Shown: in pieces, positions 39,101 through 51,100 of the stretch | Numbering within the stretch: the first letter of the stretch is position 1 | How the letters are laid out: each line of letters starts with the position of its first letter | NCBI RefSeq assembly: GCF_964355755.1 | Contig: NC_092675.1 | Location: 26,446,912 to 26,510,911 of the forward strand | Origin: Antedon mediterranea | Taxonomy: Eukaryota > Animalia > Echinodermata | Length of the DNA: 64,000 nt | Reading direction: 5' to 3' | Position numbers and translations under genes: made by a program | Notes under the pieces: generated by a model | Databases searched by the model: none | Told to the model about the DNA's origin: nothing | Seen by the model: only the letters and a program-made list of their open reading frames with translations

Positions 39101-42100
39101 CCTGATAGAGTTCAATCAATTGATATTGGTGAAAGTGGTGATGATGATGTAGTAGTTCACATTCAGAAATTGAGTGATGAAGAGGTTAACATACAGGCTG
39201 ACACTGATATGTTCAAGCAGTCAAGTGAATCACACAGTGATAAGGTCATCCAAGAAACATACATGAGTGGTGTAGAGCTCACACATGAAACACATGATAG
39301 TAATATTGAGATCACGCAAGAACATTGCACAAGTGAAATTCTGCTTAAAAAAGAATCACAAACAAGTGAAGTAAAGCTCATGCAAACACAAGAATCACAT
39401 ACGAGTAAAATTCTGCTCATACAAGAATCACATACAAGTGAACACACACAAGAATCACACACAAGTGAAATTCAGCTCATACAAGAATCACATAGTAGTG
39501 AACACACACAAGAATCACACACAAGTGAAATTCAGCTCACACAAGATTCGCACACAAGTGAACTCACACAAGAAACAAAATCGTTTCAACAGAACATTGT
39601 CATAACAGAACATGATTCTTCCACTTTCAGCTCTGTGAGTGAACATGTTATCACCTCTAGTTCAAGTGAAATAGATGGTGAATCTGAAAACGCATCAGTA
39701 CATCAAATACACTCAACAGACAGTATCGGTACTCTTATGAAAGAGAGTGTCAAAATTGTTAGTGGGGAGACCATGTCCTTTAATAGTGCTGGTTCTTCTA
39801 ATGAAGACACAGAGAAAGATACTAGTTCCTTCGAGAAAGCTAGTGAGGCCCATACAGATATTGATGGGTCTCAAGGGGAAGTCTCAGGTTCTTTTTCTGA
39901 TCAATTTGACGTGTCAGATGAGATCTCAGTTGCTGTTGATAACTTCTCAGAGGTAATTGTAATGTGGTGAAAGTGTTTTTCCATTAATGTTTCTGTTATC
40001 GTTTGTGCATTTTAATCATTACCATTGTCATTTTGTTCAATTGTGATATATTTGTTCTTTTTTTTTATTTACTTTAAAATGCATTTAAGCAGTAGTTTGC
40101 TTCTTTATGTTTCAAATTTTGGATTTTTGTATAATGATTTTGTAATTATATAAATGTATCTTCTCAAAATACTTGACACCAAGTTAGTAAATGCACCTGA
40201 AATATTTTTTTTTAAATTCTGTCACCATGTTCAAAATTTAGTCAGTCAAACTGCAATTACTTTAGATACAATCCTATTGTTCCTTGAGTTCATTTAGCCC
40301 ATTCTGTCCTTATTCCATATCATATTTAAAAGTATGTACACTATTTGGTAAAATGTATTTAATAATTCAATGTCAACCAATATTTCCTAAATTCTTGCTT
40401 TCCTTCTAAATTCAAAATTTGTGTTAATGATTGTAACACCAATGTAAAATTCCCTTTACACTGAATTCTGCACGTTTTTTGTTTTTATTTGCAGAGATTA
40501 ATTGAAGAGATATTTAATGTAAGAAACACTTTGCTGTATTTACCGTTGCATGAAATGTTCATATAACTATTGATTGAGCCACTTATATCATACATTTAAC
40601 ATTTCTTCATCATGAAATGTATACTAAGAGTCAATTGATTGATCAAGCATATGTATGTTTTATTGTAAATTATAACAGCTTTTGTCTTGAGACTGATCTT
40701 TTGTTTTCAGAGCATAATTTGAAGAAGTTTGCAGTTCTATTGATAAAATATCAATGAACCTTCATATTTAGATATGTCACTACAGTTTAATGTTTCTGCT
40801 TTTTATTTATACACAAATGTTATGAAATGGTATTGTTTTGTTTTCATTTAGGATGCAAAACAAGACTATGTTGCGATGAAGGAATCTCAGGTGTGATATT
40901 GTTATTTTTCTTAAATATTCAAACAAATTTAAATAATTTGAAGAGAATTATTGAATAGCATTGCAATATTTTATGTTAATTAAGTATATATAATTATCTT
41001 TTATAATTATTCAAATTGAAGCTATTACATCCCTTCCCCACTCCTAACAACATTATCTGCTAAGCAGACATGTAGTTTTAGGTTTGGTGACAGTTTGTTG
41101 GTAAACAGCACTAAATAATAGTGTATTAATATCTCACATTTCAGATACCAATACAAAATCTGGATGAAATAAAGACTGAAGTGGAAGAACAGTGGCATGA
41201 TTTGAAAACTTATGATCAGGAGGAAAAGGATACATATGAAAATTATCAAGATGCAACACAAGACCCTCAGCCTGTTGATGAAGAAGAAAGACCAAGAACT
41301 CCGGAAATTACAGAGCTGATTGACAACAACGCCAATCAAAATACCTTTTTGAACCTTGAGAGTCAAAGAGAATATGAGGTATATCAACCACCAACACCTG
41401 TAGAAGGTATACCCTCACAGGAGTTAGATGAAAACATTGATGTTCAAACCAGTTATTCAGCATTATCAAAAGAGAAACTTGCAATAGTAGAAGGTGCATA
41501 TTATGTTTCTTTACTGGAAGATGAAACGCCAAAGAGCACCTCAGACAATGACGAAGAAGATGAGTCATTTCGGACATGTCCATCCACTCTAGGAGTAAGT
41601 GCAGATGTTGTTGGCACTCAGAAAGTTGCAATTTTATCTGATGAAGGCTATCACAAGCCACAACCTGAAGAGGACTCACTGGCAGATATCACATCAATGA
41701 TGCCAGATGACAATGATGATGAAGATGATGAGTATGTGGTAGATGAATTAGAGTATGATGAGGTGTCGAAAGTACAAACATCAGATTATCAAGAGGAGCA
41801 GCAACCTGGAGAGCTCATTGTCGGAGGTGTTTCTATCGCTCAATCATCTAAGAATGCACAAGTAGAGGAGGAAGAAACATCTATTGATGATCTCAACATC
41901 GAAAACATGGTACAGCCTTTAGATGAGACAAGCGTTGATCAGGTTACCAAATATCCAGAAAGTCCAGAATCTAGAGCACCATGCGAAGATTTAATCTGTA
42001 TTGATCAAGCCACAGCAGAAACACAACCAAGTGCAGAGGATCCACTAAGTGATGTTGAAAAGGAACTGAATGAAGAGATAGTACTAGGTAGTACTAAAGT

Positions 42101-45100
42101 ATTGGAAGATGAATTACAGTATGAGCAAGAAAAAACTGTTGAATCCAATAATGACACTTCATATGTGGAGTTAGCACAAGATGTTGAAATAAAGAGTGGT
42201 CCAGAGCATGAAGAAGAAGTTCAAGATCAACAGTATGATCCAGCTTTTATTGAAGATTCATCCCAATTGTTAAAAAAGGAAGTTGTAAGAGAATTGCCCG
42301 AGGATCTTTCACCTACTACTGATTTACAAATTGCTGAAACCAAAGTTGAACAAACATCAGATGAAACACATCTATCTAATGTAATAGAGCAGATAAGTGA
42401 CGAATATACACCAGTTCCTCCTGTAGACTTAGAAATACCAGAAGAAAGGTCTAGGTCTCTTCAAGATCCTGAAACTCCAGAAATGGCAGAATTACCGGAC
42501 ACACCAGAAACATTTGGTGATAGTAGTAACACAGAAGGAGAAAGTCCTGTTGTCTTGATGGGAAATTGGCCAAGAATTTCTGAAAACCAAACACAGCAAC
42601 TTCTAGAACAGCAAACAATATTAGAACCAACTGAAACAGTTGCTATTGTTGCTGAGACCTCAGAGTCTGTTGAGAAAGAAGTCCTTAATGGGCCAACTGA
42701 ACAGAATTATTATGATCAATCTTTGTCTGGCACATCTGAAAACGAAGCAGGAGAATCTGAAGTATATGCAGAAGATGCGGAACCTACTTCAAGTGAGCAA
42801 GAAGCTCAGATTGTTGACGATGAACAAGACATAGCAGCTAATGCAACAGAGTCTTTAGAAGTAGAAACTGAAGAATGTGCAGAAATTTTAGAACCTACTT
42901 TAAGTGAGCAAGAAGCTCAGATTGTTGACGATGAACAAGACATAGCAGCTAATGCAACAGAGTCTTTAGAAGTAGAAACTGAAGAATGTGCAGAAGATGT
43001 AGAACCTACTTCAAGTGAGGAAGAAGCTCAGATTGTTGACGATGAACAAGACATAGCAGCTAATGCAACAGAGTCTTTAGAAGTAGAAACTGAAGAGTGT
43101 GCAGAAGATATAGAACTTACTTCAAGTGAGCAAGAAGCTCAGATTGTCGACGATGAGCAAGACAAAGCAGATAATGCAACAGAGTCTTTAGAAGTACAAA
43201 CTGAAGAATATGCAGAAGATTTAGAACCTACTTTAAGTGAGCAAGAAGCTCAGATCTTCGACGATGAGCAAGACAAAGCAGATAATGCAACAGAGTCTTT
43301 AGAAGTACAAACTGAAGAATATGCAGAAGATTTAGAACCTACTTTAAGTGAGCAAGAAGCTCAGATCGTCGATGATGAACAAGACAAAGCAGATTATGCA
43401 ACAGAGTATTTAGAAGTAGATATACCCGAAGATCACGTTGATAATATTGATAGTCATAATCTTCCAGAACTTCCTTCCCCTGTCTCAACAACTGATAATG
43501 ATAATTTAGATGAACAAAAAGATGAAGCCGATTCCACTCACCACAATTTTCAGGTAAGACTAACATCAGAAGATCTAACAACTGCATGTGCTTTTACTAA
43601 CAATAAATGCATGACAACTGCTTATGAAGATTCTGGAGAGACACGACTTACTGAAGATATCCTACAAAGTGATTCATCAGGATTTGTCACTAGCACGTTT
43701 ACTGAAAGAACTACAGAAACTAAAATGGAACAATCGACGAGTACAAGTGGAACACAAGGTGAACTTCATGAAACATATAGTAATATTGAACAAAGAGATT
43801 TCCATGAAGAAACTTGGCATACATCGACAGAAGCCAATACAATACAAAGTTCCATTACATCATTGACTGTGGTAGGTGAAACATCTAGCTTCACTGCAAG
43901 GGATATTGTTACTACTACTGAATCTGATGACATCACAGCAGATACCGTAGAGTCATTGAAAGAAGAGAGAGAGACTCTAGATCAATCTTATATCACAGCA
44001 TCAGCTCAACAGACTGTTGAAACTCAATCAGATGAAACTACTCATTCTAGAGAGTTTGAATCAGGAACAGAAACTGACAGTGCCACTGGAGGTTCAGAAC
44101 AAATTTCCTCAGAAATATCGGATCCAATCCCGACTAGAGATCTCACGCACGTCAGGAAAAAGCACAGAGACTTGCATGCTTACAATGAATGCGAGGGCCG
44201 TATCAGCAGTTTCTATTCCTTCAACACTGTCTCTCCTACATTAAAGAATGAGAAAACAAGCAGGAAATCTAAATCAACTTCTTCTGCAAGTCTGAAGCGA
44301 GCAGTTTCACTTCAAGAGACATCGAAACATTCATCCACTACAAAATCCAAAGAAAGCCGTAAAGTTTACAAGAGATCTGTCAGTGAGAGAGAATCAACTT
44401 CTTCTTCAGCTTTGCATGTGCAGGAGGTATTTCTATGCAAAAGATTTTAACATTCTGTATCCGTCAACTAGTTTCTTAATTTTAGATACCTTGCTTTTTA
44501 TTGTTTTTGTTAATTACGACGCATAATCGTAGTAGATACTAATTTATTTTACTTAAAAATTAGAGTACACTCACTAGATAGGTTGTAGATGCATGCATGT
44601 CTTAGTTCAGTTTTTATATAACCACTACTAAACATAAATGGCCCCAACCAACATGATTTGTGGGTAATCTTTTCTGGATGCAGTCTGCATTTTACCTGTG
44701 CCCTCTGTACTGATAAAGGCAGCAACCCGACCTGCGTCATCATTAGATCATGTACTCTGTCTTTATATTGATGCATAATTTGTAGATTCCAATGTAATAA
44801 TTAGTTGCTATAAACAGTGTAAATTCTAACAAAAAATAATTTTAAATGCAATTAATTTGTATTGTTTCAACAGAGTTTTGAAAGTGAACCCAAAGTTGAT
44901 GATATATATGCTGAGTTACATGGAGTATCAGAATATGTTGGAGAGGTATATCATCCTTGATGGATTACAACCACAGCATGTATTGTTCAAATCAAACACC
45001 CCACACTGCACATTCCTACAATTCCTTGGATTCTTACATTTTATATATAAAAATATGTTTGTTTTGTATTAATAGCTATTAGCTATGTCATTACCGAAAT

Positions 45101-48100
45101 AGCCTGATTTAAAATATTAGTTATATTTAGATTTTGTATTTCATGCTATTGTATATATTATGCATGTTGAATATTGTATGGCTTTTGTAATGTATTATAT
45201 TTTTATTATGTTATGTAGTTAAATTATATATGTACTATTAGAAGAATATTTTTTTTCTTTTTTACAATCCCAACATAATTGTTTTAAAATGAATAATAAA
45301 TTGTATCTTTTTCTTCTTATTTGATCATTAGTGCAATTCAGTTTTAGAAAATTAACTCAAAATACTGAAACACAGCAAAACAAAAAACTAGAATAAAAAA
45401 TATTGGTTACAACAAAATCGCTACATACCATCATACATTCAATTTTTTTTTAAATAACAAGTTTTTTCTAAGATTTCTAAGAATTTTAAATTCAGAAACA
45501 TTTCTGTATGAGGTATAAAAAATGTCAATTTAAAAAACTAAATTAGTTTTTAATTTTATATTCTTTTAATTATATTATTGTTTCTTTATGTTTATCCAGT
45601 ATATTTAATTTCAGGTTATCCAACCAATCCAGTTATTTAGTTCATCTTGCTTTCTTTTACTTAATTCATCTTATGTAAGTCAGCTGCACTTATTGATGGT
45701 GTGAATGTTATTTGCCGTCAGATGTAGAATATAGTAGTTTGTGTGGAAAGTGTTAAAACCACCTTTTCCTCAAAACACTAAGTGTACCCTGGGAGTGTTC
45801 TTCAAAAGAATGTTTATTTTGATTTGTTTACCTTTTTAATTTGTTTGCATGGTATGTTTATTTGTTTTGATTATATATATATATATATAATTTTGTACTA
45901 TAATTTCGTTGATATTTGTTTTGTTTTTTTTTTTTTGTTTTTTTTTAATATCTTAATTATTCCATATAGAGTAAATTTATGGTGTAAGCTCTGCCTATAA
46001 ATATTCTCATTTTATTTTTTTAGTTAAACATTTTGATATATTTCATTGATTATTATTTATGCTTAAATATTTATTCAGCCATTATTTTTAATTATTTTTT
46101 ATACTGTATTTATTTTCTTAAACAATGCAAAGTACTTTTTATTTTTTATAATTTTAAATGACATTTTGAAATAATATCCATACAAAAATGTTGCCTAAAA
46201 TTATATTATCTGTAGTTTTACATATATTAATTAATGATCTTTGTCTTTCTTTTTGCAGGTTGCTCTCTGAATAAACATTCTTTACTTTATTCCTTACAAT
46301 CATTACATTTTTCACATCATTCTTTAAAATCAAAATTGTATAGTTTTCTCTAAAGCAATACATTATTTATAAACTTCAAATGACTTGCTTCTATTCTAAC
46401 CACCCTTCCACAAATTCTTTCCTCACAATCATCATATCCCAATTGTTTTAATTTCCCTCTCTCCGTGCTTATGTTTGGTTTTCACAACTCATTTGTGTTT
46501 GTGATTGGCTGGTGGTATCTTTATGCTAATTTTAACCCATGATGAGGTGTGGTATTGTTGAGGGTGTTACAAAATTGAATTAGTGTATGACTGAGAGATA
46601 CATGAGAGATTTTTTGTGTTTGTTTTTTATAGCGAAATTTGTGATTTTATGTTTAATGTATTTGTTATTATAGTGTTCATAGTGTATTTATATAGACCTA
46701 ATATTTGAATTGATTGATTGTTCTAATTTTGTTTGATTTTTATAGATTTGTAGAATAAAATTTGTTTGTTTCAATTTGTTTTTTTATTTAAAATACTTTT
46801 TTCCAAATTTAATTTGATACGCTGCACCTGTTTATTTAAATTCAGTTCATGTAATAGATAATTTGAATCCACTACTTTATTATATAATTATGCCATATTT
46901 AAATTTTACGAAATTAATTTAAACAATAATGTCTATATAAGGAAACGATGAAATATTATTTTGTAATCGTTGATTGATAAGGCAATGTTATTAACAATAT
47001 TTATTATTTTACTCATTTTAATAGGAACCCGTTGATGAGGTACTCAATTTAAATGTTAATCTTGGTCCATCTCAGGAAAAACATGTAATAACAGAGGATG
47101 AGATAGAACAACTAACTAATGTTATGAATGAAATTGCCCAGTCAGGTATTTATTTCTCAATTTCAGTATGTTGTCTTTCAATATAATATGGTGCCATACT
47201 CTAAATTTGGCCAATAAATTAAGCATTATCTATCAAATCTTTACAATTTTCATACAATATTAATTTCTCTGTATATGTCAATATACTAGTCAATACACAT
47301 AGTTAACAATTGTATTAAACAAATTACAAAGTAAATTTACAGTGTGCCATAAGATCTTGTTTTTACCATCTTTAACTGGTCTCAAGGTCTGCTACTTTTC
47401 TTTTCTTTATATGACCTTTCAACCTCCTTTCAGTGCATGTCACAAACATATATAATCAATATAACAAGGTACAGTAGAACCTTTACATTTCTTACTTTAC
47501 CCATCTTTTTTAATTGTAGAAGAAAACGCTCTCATATCATCAGACAATGAAATGGAGAATGGCGGCGAAACTGTCAATGAAGATGATCTGGTTTCAGATA
47601 AAGCTCAACAGAACATACAGGTGAATCTGAATCAGTTAAGCCTTGATGAAGAGGCTGATATGGATGATTTGCTAAATATGGATTTCAGTCAATTTGCAGA
47701 CGAAACAGGCGATAATAAAACAGGTTAGTTTCCCTTTATTCTTCCATTAAATTTTTATTTTTATTTTAGAAATACCATTATTTTGAACCATTTGTTTCTA
47801 TCTACAATGGATTAAGTTCATGTAGGGGTTAAAATTGATTCTTGAAGGATGTTTTTACACAAAATTGCATGTAATGAATAAAGTATTTTTTGTGACTTAA
47901 ATAGTTACTAAAACAGTGTGGACACAGCGTAATCTTGATTGTTAATGTGAACATTTGAATCTGCAGTTTTAATTTCTAAAAGCATCCTCACTAACAAAGT
48001 TGTAATATTTTATAATTACATACAGTATAACCTCTATTAATGGGACACCTTCTAAAAAAGTGTGCCTTTAATGGAGGGTCCCCTGCATACAGGGTTAGCT

Positions 48101-51100
48101 GTAAAGTTAAAACATATACCCCTGGTTCATTTTACATTAATCGGGGTTTGCCCTGAATAAGGATGTCCTAAAGGGATTCTACTGTATTTTGATTTTTTAA
48201 TTCCCTAATTTTATTTCATCCGTTTTCTTTTGTCATCATTATTTTATATTTTATGCTCATGTTCATTTTAATAGTACTTGAAAGGATGTCTGAGAATGAG
48301 ATAGCAGAAGGAATGGCAGCTTACGTCGCCGACATTCCCTCATGTCCCACACCGCAATCTAATAATACCACTGTCCTTAATCCCATTATACAAGCAGGTT
48401 TGACGATAAATACATTTACATTTTACACTCAATGTTGCACAGGCTTTGGGCTCTTTGTATATATTTATTTTTTTATTTTTATATTTATAGTTACTGCATG
48501 AAGAACTAATTCATTATGTGTTTTTTGTTTGTTGTTATTGTGTGTATAGTGCACGTACAAGACAGTTACCGTTACTTTCCTCTAGAAGAATCTTAAATTT
48601 GGAAACTAGGGACGTGGGATAGGTTATAGGTTATTATTCATGGCACCAGGCACCATCAATCAATTAAACTTATTAAATTATTATTTCTTTAAGTTTAATG
48701 ATTAATTATTTGCACTGTCAGGTGTATTTGCATAATCTTTTTCTGATGATTAGGATTTGATATAACTGTGTATCTTATCATGGAGGTATACCTCCGTGAT
48801 CTTATTTACATTATAGGACCAGATAATCATTGTAGATCATTGTAATTAAAATGATTTCAACCCCACAAAATAGCTTTAATCGTCATATTGAGTGAGTTAA
48901 TAAAGTTCAGCGCCTAGGACACCAACATTTTATAGAAATAAATAACAGAATTGTTTAATTAATGATTAAATGAATAATCTGAATTGGAAGAAAGTTCTGA
49001 TAAAATATACTTTGATTCTAAAAGAAACCAATGATGAAATAGAGGACGTACAATTGACAGAATCTGAGCAAGATGCGATCTTTCAGTTCCAACTGCAGTA
49101 TTCTGTGGATGAGGATAATGTTTCATTGTCAGGTGACATAAGCCAACCAATAGTATTTTTTGGAAGGGGGAAATGGTGCGCAGCTTGGGAGGAAAAAATG
49201 GTAAAGGATAAATTGGATGCAGTAAATTGGGAGATGTTCATTTAGACATAAATGTGGAGAATATTTATGGATCTTTAATTTGGTGTGTACTAATATAGGG
49301 CTTTGGAAGTTTTCTTTTATTAAAAGGAATAAAACCAAAAAAAAAACATTTTAATTTATCTTGTGGAGGCTAGGTGACTGCAATAGTGTTCACTTCAACA
49401 TTTTGTCTTATTTCAGATAGTTTTGGTCATGGTTGTACTCTTTGGCATCTAATGATCATTCTGGATTTTCTTTTATACTTTGGCAATAGGGCAGGATCTG
49501 TGATGCCAATTTTATAATGGCATTTCTTGCTAAAGCAACTAACACTACCTATATAATAGCTATTAAGGTTTTTTGTTTACAGTAACAGGACATTAAATGC
49601 ATATCATCAATCTACAGTTTAACCTTTAACCTTTCTTCTCGCTCTTTTGTGTCATTTGTACTTATTTGTCACAAAATTATGTTTGTTATTAAGTACAGCT
49701 TGCACTTTATGTTATATATATATATCCCACAATGTTCAATAGGTTCACAATTTGAAATACTAATTTTAATACTAATACAATCTAATTTTTCCTATATAAT
49801 ATAATAATAATCCATATTAATAAATAATATGTAAATAATTTACTGTATTAAACATGTAAATATATTTAATTTTGTCAAATTGTGTTCAATGTTTTTAACC
49901 ATTGTCACTATGATTACTAACTATTAGTACAATCAAAGAATATAAATAGGTAAAGAATCAACAGTACGCGCTGTTATATATAGAAGGATAGGAAACGCGG
50001 ACGTGCTTGCATGGACGCGTAAGAATCCAGCTGCCGAACGACGGCGGGCTCTAGATATGGTTCCCGTCTAATTCCACGTTTGGATGGATCGTGATGATCT
50101 GATGTGTTCTCGCGTCTGTGCTTTACTAATTTTGATATTATTAATATTTTGATAATCATTTTGATAAATAATCATCGTTTGCATTTTTATAGATAGTTTT
50201 ACCTTACCTTACTTCTTCTAGCGAAAAAGAAGTGCGCCACCTTCAGGCGTAGGCAAATAGTAACCCGGATGTGGTTTACGCCGCCAAGGGAACTGTTGTA
50301 TCTTCTCCTTTTATTATCTTTGGTACAATTAAACATTTAATTGTATTATTATTAATATTTGAATTGCTCCCCCGGTTTGGCACATCAACTATTTGGCTCA
50401 TTTATGTTTGTACTTAAATTAATGCATTAATATTATAATCTATATTTATTGGTGAGTTACCTATTATAATAGTCTCATATGAACACAAAATTTATGGTTA
50501 TTTTTATTTATTTATTTTTATTATATTCAATCAACCCCAACAGCGGTAATTACTGCCACTAACAGTTTGTTAAAATACATATCAACTAACATTACTCATT
50601 TTCACAATCCATTTATATAAATGAAATAAAAAACAAATATTATTTGAAATTCAACAAATCCAAAACAATGTGAACAGCATGAGTGTATAATAATAAACCA
50701 TGTTGCGTATTTTTGCATATTTGTAATAATGTGTGTTTATTTGTATTTTACCTATTGCATGATCTGTTTTTCTTTATTTTTATTTGAATTTATGTTTCTG
50801 TGTACTGTAGACTCCAATCCAGATGTTCACTGTGCACCACCTTCTGACACACCGCCCTCATTTGACCAAGAAGATCCCGAGAAGCCATATATGAATGGCC
50901 ATGATAATATGAATGGTAGGAGATGAGATTCCTGTTTCATTCAATCTACTCTCTTTCTCTCATCCTTCTCTCCTTGTACTTCTAAATCTTCTAATGACAC
51001 TTGCATATATTATAAATCTATTGTTATGCAAATTAGAAATGCAATTGTTTACTTATTTAGTTATTTTTCAGGACTGTAAATGTACTGGTCACATGCATTT

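Noticed and set aside
33115-39462. Minus-strand and alternative-frame ORFs within giant exon 1
   Set aside because: By-products of the repetitive, biased codon usage of the sense frame.
29867-39970. 3367-aa ORF as a stand-alone gene
   Set aside because: It has an in-frame acceptor upstream of the ATG and a donor just before the stop, and lies between ankyrin exons; better explained as an internal exon.
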